From Eledone cirrhosa (Eukaryota), in the NCBI GenBank assembly GCA_964016885.1, contig OZ024752.1, positions 9,176,001-9,240,000 on the forward strand: a stretch of 64,000 nucleotides of DNA, written 5' to 3'. A program made the translations under genes and the position numbers. Below, one piece after another: positions 12,305-25,069 of this stretch (its first letter is position 1; each line of letters opens with the position of its first letter). Below the pieces are notes generated by a model, which was not told the origin of the DNA, did not search any database, and saw only the letters and a list, made by a program, of their open reading frames with translations.

Positions 12305-13849
12305 GTAAGTAAGCCACTCTACTTGGCATTTGTCGACCTTGAGAAAGCTTTTGACAGAGTTCCATGTGCTGTAATCTGGTGGGCTCTTAGAAAACTAGGA
12401 GTAGATGAATGGCTTGTGAAAGCGGTACCAGCCATGTATAGGGGAGCAGTCAGCAAAGTTAGGATTAGCAATGAGTATAGCTAGGAATTTAGCGTACAGG
12501 TTGGGGTCCACCAGGGCTCTGTTCTTAGCCCCCTCCTGTTCATCATAGTCCTGCAGGCAATAACGGAGGAGTTTAAGACTGGATGAACCATGGGAACTCC
12601 TGTATGCTGATGACCTCGCACTTATAGCTGAATCTATGGTAGAACTAGAGAATAAATTCCAAACTTGGAAGCAGGGACTAGAAAGAAAGGGCCGCAAAGT
12701 CAACATGACAAAGACTAAGGTCCTTTTAAGTAAAACAGAACCCAGATCCCCTCAGGGAAATGGCCTTGCTCAGTATATAGGAAAGGTGTAGGTAGGAACT
12801 CCATTCTCTGCTCCAAATGCAAACAATGGGTACACAAGAGATGTAGTAGGATCTCAGGAAGCTTAATTAAGAATGTAGGCTTCACATGCAGCAGCTGTGC
12901 TGGGACAGCAAGCAGCAAACAGCCACAGGAAACAAGTACCACCAATCTCTAGGAGGGCTCTGTAGAAACAGTAGACAGCTTCTGCTACCTAGGTGACCGA
13001 ATTAGCAGCGGAGGTGGGTGTTCAGAAAGTACAATAACTAGGGTAAAAACGGGATGGAAGAAGTTTAGGGAACTACTACTACTGCTAGCTGCAAAAGACT
13101 TCTCCCTCAGAATGAAAGCAGACTGCATGATGCGTGTATCCGAAAAGCAATGTTGCATGGTATTGAGACCTGGGCGCTGAAGGTGGAACACTTACGTAGA
13201 TTAGAGAGAAACGAGGCCTGCATGCTCCGATGGATGTGTAACAGTAATATACGTGAACGACAAAGCATAAATGCATTGAGAGAGAGACTGAGCACAAGAA
13301 GAATCAAATGCTGTGTGCAGGAGAGGTGGTTGTGCTGGTATGGACATGTGATGACAGCTGCATAAAAAGGTGCAGAGCACTAGAAGTCGATAGAAACGCG
13401 GAGTGGGGAGACCCAAGAAGACCCAAGAAGGTGATAAAAGCCGACCTTACCCAATTACACCTCTCAAAGGCAATGACACACGACCGTGACCTCCGGCGTC
13501 ACGCAGTAATACAGAGTACCCGACCTCCCATGGGTACAAACTGAAGCATATAAACAATAAGACCCCACACCCCCCACCACAAGGTGGTCGTGGAGGTGCC
13601 ACGGCAAAAAAGCACCCAGCCCACACTGTAAAGTGGACGTGTAGGCGCCACGAAAAAGCACCCAGCACTCACTGTAAATGAGGTTGGTGTTAGGAAGGGC
13701 ATCCAGCTGTAGAAATCAAGCCAAATCAGTTCCTGTATGAGCAAGGCATGTTCAGCCGACCAGACACTGCCCACAACAGGACAACCCGTCTAACCCATGC
13801 TAGCGTGGAAGAACGGACGTAAAACGGTGATGATGTTGATGATGATGAT
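12305..13849 (+). mobile_element. 5'-truncated RTE LINE (family B), decayed
   Basis: [24 protein letters not shown], zinc finger, 3' UTR and (GAT)n tail. Confidence 0.9.
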
Positions 13850-13997
13850 AAATATATATATACATACATACATATATAAATATATATATACATACATATA
13901 TAAATATATATATACATACATACATATATAAATATATAAATACATACATACATATATAAATATATATATACATACATATATAAATATATATGTATGT

Positions 13998-15462
13998 ATA
14001 CAACTAATCAGAGAGAGAATTGATCTAGATGAAATGCAGTTCGGGTTTGTGTCAGGCAAAAGTACCACAGACGCTCTTTTCATTGTACGACAACTACAGG
14101 AGAAGTACCTAGCTAAAAGTAAACCCCTATACTTAGCTTTCGTCGACTTGGAGAAAGCCTTCAACAGAGTCCCCCGTTCCATTATCTGGTGGGCTCTTAG
14201 AAAACTAGGTGTTGACGAATGGCTTGTGAGAGCTATACAAGCCATGTATAAAGAAATAGTCAGCAAGGTTAGAATTAACAACGAATATAGTGAAGAGTTT
14301 AGCTTAAAAGTTGGTGTTCATCAGGGCTCTGTTCTTAGCCACGTACTATTTATTATTGCCCTTCAGGCTATAACAGTGGAGTTCAAGACCGGCTGCCCAT
14401 GGGAACTCCTATACGCAGATGATCTAACGCTCATAGCTGAATCAATGGCCGAGTTAGAGAAGAAATTCCAAACATGGAAGCACGGCCTAGAATCAAAAGG
14501 CCTTAAAATTAACCTGGTTAAGACTAAAGTTCTAGTTTGTAGGAAAGAAAATAAGGCGCCGGTCCCTTCCGGGAAATGGCCATGCTCAGTGTGTAGGAAA
14601 GGCGTAGGTAGAAACTCCATTTTATGTCCCAAATGCAAAGTATGGGTGCATAAAAGATGTAGTGGGATCACAGGTAAGCTAACTAAGAACATAGATTTTA
14701 CATGTGGCTGGTGCTCTGATGCAATAAGTAGCAGCAAGTGCCCACAGAATACTAGCTCTTTCAATTGCGCAGAGGGTTCTATAGAAATAGTGGACAGCTT
14801 CCGTTACCTGGGTGACAAAATCAGCAGTGGGGGAGGGTGCTCTGAAAGTACAGTAGCTAGAGTCAGAACTGGATGAAAAAAGTTCAGATAGCTTATACCA
14901 CTATTAGCCGCTAAAGGGTTCTCCCTAAAAATGAAAGGCAGGCTGTATGACGCCTGCATACGAACAGCAATGTTGCCTGGCAGTGAGACCTAGGCATTGT
15001 GTGCAGAGGATATACGCAGACTAGAGAGGGACGAAGCTTGCATGCTCCGCTGGATGTGTTATAGTAATATACGTGAACGGCAAAGCATAAACGAACTAAG
15101 GGAAAAATTAGAAATAAGAGGGATCAGATGTTGTTTACTCGAGAGAAGGCTACGTTGGTATGGTCACGTGATGCGCACGAAAGACAACAGCTGTATAACA
15201 AAGTGCAGGGCAATAAAAATAGACGGTAGCCACGGAGTAGGCAGACCCAGAAAAACCTGGGACGACCTGATAAATTCCGACCTCACACACTTACACCTCT
15301 CCAAGACAATGTCACTGGACCGAGATCTTTGGCGGTACTCAGTAATAGAGAAGACCCGCCTTACCTAAATACAAAGTAAAACCTACTACAGTCAGTAGGC
15401 ATCTCTAACAAAATACACCCCCACCCCATCCACACCGCCCCTTTCAATGTAAAGTTACGTTG
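13998..15462 (+). mobile_element. 5'-truncated RTE LINE (family A), with stops
   Basis: ORF 14034-14876 is nearly identical to the RT of the intact element; premature TGA and TAG. Confidence 0.9.
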
Positions 15463-15464
15463 GT

Positions 15465-16020
15465 GCCATATATATCCAATGAGGATATCTTCAACCAAGC
15501 GGTAGATTACTACAATAGGGTCCTGATAAGCGCCGGCTTTAACCGAGGAATTTCCTACATGCCTAACGCTAGCTCTAGAAACCACCCCCCTCATAAAACA
15601 AACGTTATAGTAAGCCATACCTATAACCGATCATGCGGCGACCTCGTTGAAGTCGGATATAATAGAATAGATAACCGCACCAAAGATCACGACCCCGGCG
15701 ACGGTGACCACTGTAGATTACTCGAACTATTCCCCTATTACAAAACCAACAAAGGCGACGGCCTACTACCAACGCCTTCCAACCAACATCTTCATGTACA
15801 TAAACATGGAAGAGGTAGCAAGAGTGCACCCGAGCATAAAGTGAAAGGGGCATAAAGTGAAAGGATTTAACCCCAAAAACTCTTTCCGAGCAATATAAGG
15901 AACACTTGTGATTATTTATACCCTTGAGAAGCCCAACTGGGCGAAACGTACGTAGGTGCTGTTTTAAATAAACATGTTTTAACGGTCTATTCTCCGATTT
16001 TTTACTTTCCCACGTGCATA
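15465..16020 (+). mobile_element. Penelope-like remnant (paralog of 48-838, internally deleted)
   Basis: Same peptide and hammerhead as 48-838. Confidence 0.55.
15920..15958 (+). ncRNA. Minimal hammerhead ribozyme, U3-A8 variant
   Basis: Identical to 735-773. Confidence 0.6.
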
Positions 16021-16069
16021 TACATACATACATATATATATACATACATACATACATATACATACATAC

Positions 16070-16143
<74 letters not shown>

Positions 16144-16297
16144 ATACATATATATATATATATGTACATACATATATATATATGTACATATATATATATA
16201 TATATACATATATACATACTGCCAAATCAACTTTTCAAATACAAGTCGATGTTGAACGGTATGTCAAATCTATTTATCTATAAAACTGTCTATATTG

Positions 16298-16363
16298 TAT
16301 TTTGTCTGAGGAAGGCATAGCATATTGTTAATATGATATCCCTGAAATATATATAATGAAATA
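16298..16363 (+). ncRNA. Type I hammerhead ribozyme (diverged relative of 1268-1333)
   Basis: TATTTTGT-CTGAGGA-stem II-GAAA-TATATA-TA-ATGAAATA. Confidence 0.65.
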
Positions 16364-16859
16364 AATATGGTTTTATAAATATAGTTTCCATTTATAAACT
16401 CTTAACCTCTGTTCCATCCCATCTTCTACCCCCTACCCATACATCATGCTGGTTCCTGCCCCCCCCTCTCTATACATATAAGATAAAACCCTACCAAAAT
16501 TAATCAAAATCGCCAACTCGCTATTTCTGGGATGGCTGTTCCTTCGGTATAAAGTAACGTTCAAATTTTTCTCGATTCTTCTCTCCATTCGAACCCATTC
16601 ATTCAATCACTTCTATGTCCTAATTTCACACTATATCATATTTTCACCATTCTATATCATATCTTTTCTCTAAAAATCATATTTTCCCTATCACCGCATT
16701 TTCTCTATCGTATTTTCTTAAACAAAACAAATCTTGTATTTCCGTTTATTGTTAAATTATGCCCAAAATACGGCGATCTTATCTTAAACCTTACATTCTC
16801 GCTAACAACCCATCATCCCTCCCTCCCGCCCCCACGCACCACCATTATTACGTGGACCA

Positions 16860-19800
16860 ATCATAAGTCAGAGGCCCATACTATCGCTTAACTGGTTGCT
16901 TTTCGATATGATGGATGGACTACGGAATTCTGGAGAGTTGAAGAGAGAAAAATGTGGACGCTCAGCGACAATGCCAAAGATAAAGCCAAATTCACCTCGT
17001 GGACGAGAATGCAAGCACTCCTCCTTGTTTCGGCCCAGGATGGCTAACATAACCCCATCCCCCACCGCTCCCCACCGCTCCCACCCTCCAAACGCAATCC
17101 AAAACTTCAGAGTTGGTACCATGAATGTAGGCACCTTAAAGGGTCGCTCTAACGAGGTTGTAGAAATGCTTGAACGTAAGGAGGTCGATGTTTGTTGTAT
17201 TCAAGAGACCAGGTGGAGGGGAGGGTCGGCTAGATTCATCGTGGGTAAAGAACGATGCTATAAGCTTTTCTGGGTGGGAAATGACAATGGGTTGGGTGGG
17301 GTAGGAATCATGGTAGCAGAAAAGTGGGCAGATAAGATAATAGACGTAAATAGAGTGAACGACAGAATAATTAAAATAAGACTTGTCCTCAATAAAACTA
17401 CGGTGACAGTAATATCTGCGTACGCACCCCAATCCGGACTGCCCGGCGCTATAAAAGACAGATTCTACGAGACACTGATGCTCGCTACCTCCCAAATAAC
17501 CGACAGTGACTATATAGTTATTGCAGGCGACCTAAATGGTCACGTTGGACAACATTGTGACGGCTATGACGGAATCCATGGAGGCTATGGATTCGGTACT
17601 AGAAATGAGGAAGGCTCCAGAATCCTGGAATTCTGCGACGCAAATAACTTAACTATCTGTAACACTAACTTCAAAAAACGAGACAATCACTTGATCACCT
17701 ATAGATCGGGGGAACACACAAGCCAGGTAGATTATATCCTTACCAGAAGACGTGACAGAGTGTCTGTTGTTAACACTAAATCCCACCCCCATGAAGAATT
17801 CACCTCCCAACATAGACTGATAATTAGCGACCTCATAGTCAGGACGAGACGTACTAGACAGCGGAAGAGGACTATCCTCAGGAGAAAAATATGGAAGCTA
17901 AAGGACCCCATAGCCAGAAATAAATTTCAAAGCATATTACTTGACGCTTTCGACAGTAAGGAAGAGCAATTAGAGTCGTATAATATAGAGGAACAGTGGG
18001 AATTCCTGAGAGCAAACCTGCTGACGGCGGCAGACGAAACCTGTGGCTGGAGCAGGCCTGTAGGTAGGAGGAGAGTAACATGGTGGTGGAACAGTAAGGT
18101 GGAGGAGTCAATTAAGGCCAAAAAGCAGGCTTGGAAAGTATGGCGGGATGGGGGAAGTAGAGAAGACTATCAAGTGGCCAGGAGGGAAGCTAGGAGACAA
18201 GTGTACTTCGCAAGAAGGGAAGCAGAGGAAAGAAAGTTCAAGCATGTTCTACAACGTGAGGACCAAAAACGTGAGGTGTTCAGGATTGCCAGGCAATGTG
18301 TCAAGGAAAACCGTGATATTGTCGGGGAGAAGTGTGTACTTAACGATGATGGCATACTTGCCATCACCGACGCTGATAAGAAGGTAGCTTGGAAGTGTCA
18401 CTACGAAAGGCTTCTAAATGAGGAGAACAAATGGGAGAAAGACAGTCTCCCCCAGATCGATCCAATAGAGGGACCAGCAGTGTTAGTCGAGGGGAGTATA
18501 ATAAGTAAGGCAATCAAAGATATGAAGACGGGTAAGGCGGCTGGGCCTTCGGAAATAGTTGCTGAGATGCTGAAGGCATCTGGTTCGGTGGGACACACCA
18601 TGGTCACCCGGATAGTTAACCAAGTCGTACAGAATGGGGTTGTTCCGAAGGAATGGCGTAGCAGCATCATCGTTAACTGCTATAAGGGAAAAGGAGATGC
18701 CCTAGATAGGAGTAACTATAGAGGCATTAAATTAATCGACCAGGTCATGAAGGTCACGGAAAAAGTAATAGCGCAACTAATCAGAGAGAGAATTGATCTA
18801 GATGAAATGCAGTTCGGGTTTGTGTCAGGCAAAAGTACCACAGACGCTCTTTTCATTGTACGACAACTACAGGAGAAGTACCTAGCTAAAAGTAAACCCC
18901 TATACTTAGCTTTCGTCGACTTGGAGAAAGCCTTCGACAGAGTCCCCCGTTCCATTATCTGGTGGTCTCTTAGAAAACTAGGTGTTGACGAATGGCTTGT
19001 GAGAGCTATACAAGCCATGTATAAAGAAACAGTCAGTAAGGTTAGAATTAACAACGAATATAGTGAAGAGTTTAGCGTAAAAGTTGGTGTCCATCAGGGC
19101 TCTGTTCTTAGCCCCCTACTATTTATTATTGCCCTTCAGGCTATAACAGAGGAGTTCAAGACCGGCTGCCCATGGGAACTCCTATACGCAGATGATCTAA
19201 CGCTCATAGCTGAATCAATGACCGAACTAGAGAAGAAATTCCAAACATGGAAGCACGGCCTAGAATCAAAAGGCCTTAAAATTAACCTGGCTAAGACTAA
19301 AGTTCTAGTTTGTAGGAAAGAAAATAAGGCGGCGGTCCCATCTGGGAAATGGCCATGCTCAGTGTGTAGGAAAGGCGTAGGTAGAAACTCCATTTTATGT
19401 CCCAAATGCAAAGTATGGGTGCATAAAAGATGTAGTGGGATCACAGGTAAGCTAACTAAGAACATAGATTTTACATGTGGCCGGTGCTCTGGTGCAATAA
19501 GTAGCAGCAAGTGCCCACAAAATACTAGCTCCTTCAACTGCGCAGAGGGTTCTATAGAAATAGTGGACAGCTTCCGTTATATGAGTGACAAAATCAGCAG
19601 TGGGGGAGGGTGCTCTGAAAGTACAGTAGCTAGAGTCAGAACTGGATGGAAAAAGTTCAGAGAGCTTATACCACTATTAGCCGCTAGAGGGTTCTCCCTA
19701 AAAATGAAAGGCAGGTTATACGATGCCTGCATACGAACAGCAATGCTGCATGGCAGTGAGACCTGGGCATTGTGTGCAGATGATATACGCAGACTAGAGA

Positions 19801-20537
19801 GGAACGAAGCTTGCATGCTCCGCTGGATGTGCAATAGTAATATACGTGAACGGCAAAGCATAAACGAACTAAGGAAAAAATTAGAAATAAGAGGGATCAG
19901 ATGTTGTTTACTCGAGAGAAGGCTACGTTGGTATGGTCACGTGATGCGCACGAAAGACAACAGCTGTATAACAAAGTGCAGGGCAATAAAAATAGACGGT
20001 AGCCACGGAGTAGGCAGACCCAGAAAAACATGGGACGAGCTGATAAATTCCGACCTCACACGCTTACACCTCTCCAAGACAATGTCACTGGACCGAGACC
20101 TTTGGCGGTACTCAGTAATAGAGAAGACCCGCCTTATCTAAATACAAAGTAAAAACCTACTACAGTCAGTAGGCATCTCTATCAAAACACACCCCCGTCC
20201 CACCACCTCCACCCCACCCACACCGCCCCTTTCAATGTAAAGTTATGTTGGTCCCACAACATCCAGGCCGAAACAAATGAGATCGTGTAGGTGTCACGAC
20301 AAAAAACACACAGTCCACGCTGTAAATGTGGCCGTGTAGGCAACACGGTAAAAACCTCCCAGCCCCACACTGTAAATGTGGTTGGTGTTAGGAAGGGCAT
20401 CCAGCTGTAGAAAACCCGCCAGACAGTCCTATGCGAGCAAGACAACCACTCTTGCCTCAAGTGGGAAAACCCCCGTCCAAACCCATGCAAGCGTGGAACA
20501 CGGACGCTAAACCTGATGATGATGATGATGATGATGA
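16860..20537 (+). mobile_element. Apparently full-length RTE-clade LINE (family A); 5' boundary approximate
   Basis: Single uninterrupted APE-RT ORF, about 390-nt 3' UTR, (GAT)n tail. Confidence 0.92.
16908..20141 (+). CDS. RTE LINE ORF: APE endonuclease + reverse transcriptase + Cys/His zinc finger (1077 aa from first ATG)
   Basis: MNVGTL, CIQETRW, GDLNGH, SQVDYI (APE); [34 protein letters not shown] (RT); CSVC..CPKC..HKRC..CGRC; WYGHVMR...GRPRKTW. Confidence 0.95.
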   Translation: MMDGLRNSGELKREKCGRSATMPKIKPNSPRGRECKHSSLFRPRMANITPSPTAPHRSHPPNAIQNFRVGTMNVGTLKGRSNEVVEMLERKEVDVCCIQETRWRGGSARFIVGKERCYKLFWVGNDNGLGGVGIMVAEKWADKIIDVNRVNDRIIKIRLVLNKTTVTVISAYAPQSGLPGAIKDRFYETLMLATSQITDSDYIVIAGDLNGHVGQHCDGYDGIHGGYGFGTRNEEGSRILEFCDANNLTICNTNFKKRDNHLITYRSGEHTSQVDYILTRRRDRVSVVNTKSHPHEEFTSQHRLIISDLIVRTRRTRQRKRTILRRKIWKLKDPIARNKFQSILLDAFDSKEEQLESYNIEEQWEFLRANLLTAADETCGWSRPVGRRRVTWWWNSKVEESIKAKKQAWKVWRDGGSREDYQVARREARRQVYFARREAEERKFKHVLQREDQKREVFRIARQCVKENRDIVGEKCVLNDDGILAITDADKKVAWKCHYERLLNEENKWEKDSLPQIDPIEGPAVLVEGSIISKAIKDMKTGKAAGPSEIVAEMLKASGSVGHTMVTRIVNQVVQNGVVPKEWRSSIIVNCYKGKGDALDRSNYRGIKLIDQVMKVTEKVIAQLIRERIDLDEMQFGFVSGKSTTDALFIVRQLQEKYLAKSKPLYLAFVDLEKAFDRVPRSIIWWSLRKLGVDEWLVRAIQAMYKETVSKVRINNEYSEEFSVKVGVHQGSVLSPLLFIIALQAITEEFKTGCPWELLYADDLTLIAESMTELEKKFQTWKHGLESKGLKINLAKTKVLVCRKENKAAVPSGKWPCSVCRKGVGRNSILCPKCKVWVHKRCSGITGKLTKNIDFTCGRCSGAISSSKCPQNTSSFNCAEGSIEIVDSFRYMSDKISSGGGCSESTVARVRTGWKKFRELIPLLAARGFSLKMKGRLYDACIRTAMLHGSETWALCADDIRRLERNEACMLRWMCNSNIRERQSINELRKKLEIRGIRCCLLERRLRWYGHVMRTKDNSCITKCRAIKIDGSHGVGRPRKTWDELINSDLTRLHLSKTMSLDRDLWRYSVIEKTRLI

Positions 20538-20607
20538 CATATATATATATACATACATATATATACATACACATATATATATATGTACATACATATATAT
20601 ATATATA

Positions 20608-23490
20608 CATCATCATCATCATCATCATCACCGTTTTACGTCCGTTCTTCCACGCTAGCATGGGTTAGACGGGTTGTCCTGTTGTGGGCAGTGTCTGGTC
20701 GGCTGACCATGCCTTGCTCATACAGGAACTGATCTGGCTTGATTTCTACAGCTGGATGCCCTTCCTAACACCAACCTCATTTACAGTGAGTGCTGGGTGC
20801 TTTTTCGTGGCGCCTACACGTCCACTTTACAGTGTGGGCTGGGTGCTTTTTTGCCGTGGCACCTCCACGACCACCTTGCAGTGGGGGGAGTGGGGGCATA
20901 TTGTTTATATGCTTCAGCATGTACCCATGGGAGGTCGGGTACCCTGTATTACTGCGTGACGCCAGAAGTCACGGTCGTGTGTCATTGACTTTGAGAGGTG
21001 TAGTTGGGTAAGGTCGGCTTTTATCACCTCATCCCAAGTCATCTTGGGTCTCCCCACTCCGCGGTTTCCATCAACTTCTAGTGCTCTGCACCTTTTTATG
21101 CAGCTGTCATCCTTCATACGCATCACATGTCCATACCAGCGTAACCGCCTCTCCTGCACGCAGCATTTGATTCCTCTTATGCTCAGTCTCTCTCTCAATT
21201 CCTTTATGCTTTGTCGTTCACGTATATTACTGTTACACATCCATCGGAGCATGCAGGCTTCGTTTCTGTCTAATCTACGTAAGTCTTCCACCTTCAGCGC
21301 CCAGGTCTCACTACCATGCAACATCCCGTTCTTACCCTAGTTATTGTACTTTCTGAGCACCCACCTCCGTTGCTAATTCGGTCACCTAGGTAGCAGAAGC
21401 TGTCTACTGTTTCTACAGGGCCCTCCCAGAGATTGGTGGTACTAAATTCCTCGCTATACTCATTGCTAATCCTAACTTTGCTGACTGCTCCCCTATACAT
21501 GGCTTGTACCGCTTTCACAAGCCATTCATCTACTCCTAGTTTTCTAAGAGCCCACCAGATTACTGCACGTGGAACTCTGTCAAAGGCTTTCTCAAGGTCG
21601 ACAAATGCCAAGTAGAGTGGCTTACTTTTAGCTAGGTACTTTTCCTGTAATTGCCTCACAAGGAAGAGGGCATCAGTTGTGCCTTTCCCTGGTACAAACC
21701 CAAATTGCATCTCGTCTATATTCACCCGGTCCCTAATCAGCTGTGCTATAACTCTTTCTGTTACTTTCATGACCTGGTCCATCAACTTTATACCTCTATA
21801 GTTTCCTCTATCTAGTGCATCGCCTTTACCTTTGTAGCAGTTGACAATGATGCTACTGCACCAATCTTTTGGTATGGCCCCCTCTAGTATTACCTGGTTA
21901 ACGATACGTGTGGTTATAGTGTGACCTACAGACCCAGATGCCTTCAGCATCTCGACAGCTATACCCGATGGACCGGTTGCCTTCCCTATCTTCATATCTC
22001 TGATTGCCTTACTTACTACGCTGCCGCTGACTTGTACTGCTGGTCCCTCTATAGGGTCTACGTGGGGTAGGGTCTCTTCTTCCCATGCATTCTCCTCATT
22101 TAGTAATCTATCATAATGACTCTTCCATGCATCTTTCTTCTCAGCACTTGTGAGGGCAAGCTCACCTTTATCATTCCGGATACACTTCTCTCCAATGACA
22201 TCACCACTATCTCTGACACACTGCCTCACAATCTTGAATACCTCCTGTTTCTGGTCCTCACGTTGTAAAACATGCTTGAATTTTCTATCCTCTGCTTCCC
22301 TCCTAGCTAAGTATACTTGTCGCCTAGCTTCCCTCTTGGTCTCTATGTAATGTACCCTGCTCCCCCCGTTCTTCCATTCTTTCCATGCCTGTCTCTTGGC
22401 CTTGACTGCTTCATCTACCTTATTGTTCCACCACCAAGTCACTCTCCTCCTGCTTGAGGTCTTACTCCAGCCACAAACCTCATCCGTCGCCTCTAGTAAG
22501 TTATTTTTTAGGAACTCCCAGTTCTCTTCTACGTTAAATGTCTCTATCTGTTCTTCTTTACTGTCGTAGGCGTTGAGTAAAATATCTTTAAATCTGTTAC
22601 TGGTTGAGGGGACTTTCAGCTTCCAGATCTTTCTTCTCCAGGTTGGCCTCTGTTTCAGGGCTCGTCTAGTTCTGACCGTGAGGTCGCTGACAACTAAGCT
22701 ATGTTGGGATGTACATTCCTCACTAGGGAAGGCTTTTGTGTTTACGACCGTCCATCTGTCACGTCCTCTGATGAGGATAAAATCTAACTGACTAGAGTGC
22801 TCCCCTGATCTATAGGTGATCAGGTGGTTGTCGGGTTTTTTAAAGTTTGTGTTACATATCGACATGTCATTGGCGTCGCAGAATTCTAGAAGTCTGAATC
22901 CTTCCTCATTCCTTGTGCCAACTCCATGGCCTCCATGTACTCTATTGAAGCCGTCGCAGTGTTTACCTACGTGTCCGTTAAAATCTCCTGCAATGATTAG
23001 GAAGTCCTTGTCGTCTGTTAGAGCAGTAGTGTGTATTAGGGACTCGTAAAACCTATCCTTAAGTTCGTCTGGCAGCCCCGATTGGGGTGCGTAAGCTGAT
23101 ATTATTGTGGTAATTGTCTTATTCAGGACTAGTCTGAGTTTAATGATTCTTGCATTTACCCTGTACACTGAGATTACTTTATCTACCCACTTGTCAGCTA
23201 ATAGTATACCTACACCACCCATCCCATCGTCATTTCCCACCCAGAAAAATTTGTAGCACTGGCTTTTTCCTACAAGGACTCTAGCAGACCCTCCTCTCCA
23301 TCTAGTCTCTTGCACACAGCATACATCAACTTACTTTCGCTCTAGCATTTCTACGATTTCTCCTGCTCTTCCTTTCATTGAGCCTACATTGATGGTACCA
23401 ACTCGGAGTTTTGGGCATTTTTCGACACTCGTAGGGGAGGGTCTCTGGGTTGGCGCTTCACGTGGGTGCTTGGTAGCTCGCAGATTCATA
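20608..23490 (-). mobile_element. Near-full-length RTE LINE (family B) with internal deletions removing YADD
   Basis: ORF 21294-23315 carries APE and the N-terminal RT, then jumps EEFS->TTNLWEG. A second deletion lies near 21325. (GAT)n tail at 20608. Confidence 0.9.
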
Positions 23491-23535
23491 TTTCATCTAT
23501 TGATTCATATATATATATATATTCATACATATATA

Positions 23536-23576
<41 letters not shown>

Positions 23577-23898
23577 AGATATATATATATACATACATAT
23601 ATATACACACAAACATACATATACACACAAACATATATATACACACAACCATATATACACACAAACATATATATACATATATATAAGTACACATATATAA
23701 ACATACATAATATATACATACATATATATATAAATACATATATATACATACATACATATATATATATACATATATATACACATACATATATATATATATA
23801 CATACATATATATACATAAACACACACACACACACACATATATACCCACACACACATATTCATATACACCCACATATATATTTTTAAAATTAACTTAC

Positions 23899-24210
23899 CA
23901 TATACTGTGATGTTGTACATGCTACCATGTACAAGAGATCTGCAAATAATACTCATGTTGTCTTCCTGTATAGTTATATTAATGATAGTCAATGTACAGA
24001 TAGTATTTTGGCAACTAGTTATTTGACGGTTGCCAAAATATTTATCATTGCCTTCGTCAACCAATCCATTATATCCAGCAATAAGTGATCCATCTCCAGT
24101 ATACCAAGTTGTAATATCTCCCCTCTTTCTTACACATTTCAATGTGAAGTTTTTATCTTTTATAGCATTTGGTGTTTCAGAACTTGGGTAAAGATTCTTC
24201 CCAGTCTCAT
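23899..24210 (-). CDS. Ig-like domain exon A, copy 2
   Basis: Same splice sites and 312-nt open frame as copy 3; Ig Cys/Trp motifs. Confidence 0.85.
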
Positions 24211-24482
24211 CTAAAAACACAAATTAAGACGAGATAAAATAAGAATTAATCCAAAATTTAAGAGAAATTTTAACAATAAATTGAAACAAGCCTAATAGTT
24301 CATATTCCATTTGTGTGAAGACAGGCAGGGCTGTGCTGTTTAGCCCATGGAAGCAGGGAAAGCAGATGTAAAGTATGTTGATGATGATGATGATGATAGT
24401 GATGATGAGCATAGTATTAGGGGGAGTGGGGTGTTATATGGAATTGACTTAGATTTTTAGTTTTTTCTTATGTTACATCACC

Positions 24483-25069
24483 AGTAGCAGCAGCAGCAGC
24501 ACCACAACCCCCCAACATCATCATCATCATCACTACTACTACCACCACCACCACCAGCATCATCACCACCACCACATTCATAGCCATCACTACCACCATC
24601 ACCACCACAACCATCATAACCACCACCACCACCATCACTGCCACCAGCACCAGCATCAACATCACCACAACCATCATAACCAACACCACCACCACCACCA
24701 CCACCATTGCCACCACCACCACCACCACCACAACCGTCATAACCGCCACCACCACCAGCATCAACATCACCACCACCACAACCACCAACATCATAATCAT
24801 CACTAAAACCATCATAACCAACACCACCACCACCATCACTGCCACCACCACCAGCATCATCACCACCACCACCATTGCCACCACCACCACCACCACCACA
24901 ACCATCGCCACCACCACCACCACCATCACTGCCACCAGCACCAGCATCAACATCACCACCACCACAACCAACATCATCATCATCACCACCACCACCATTG
25001 CCACCACCACCACAACCATCATAACCACCACCACCACCATCACTGCCACTGCCAACAACACCATCATCA
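24483..25069. repeat. (CAC/CAT)n trinucleotide array
   Basis: Paralog of 4104-4672. Confidence 0.95.
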
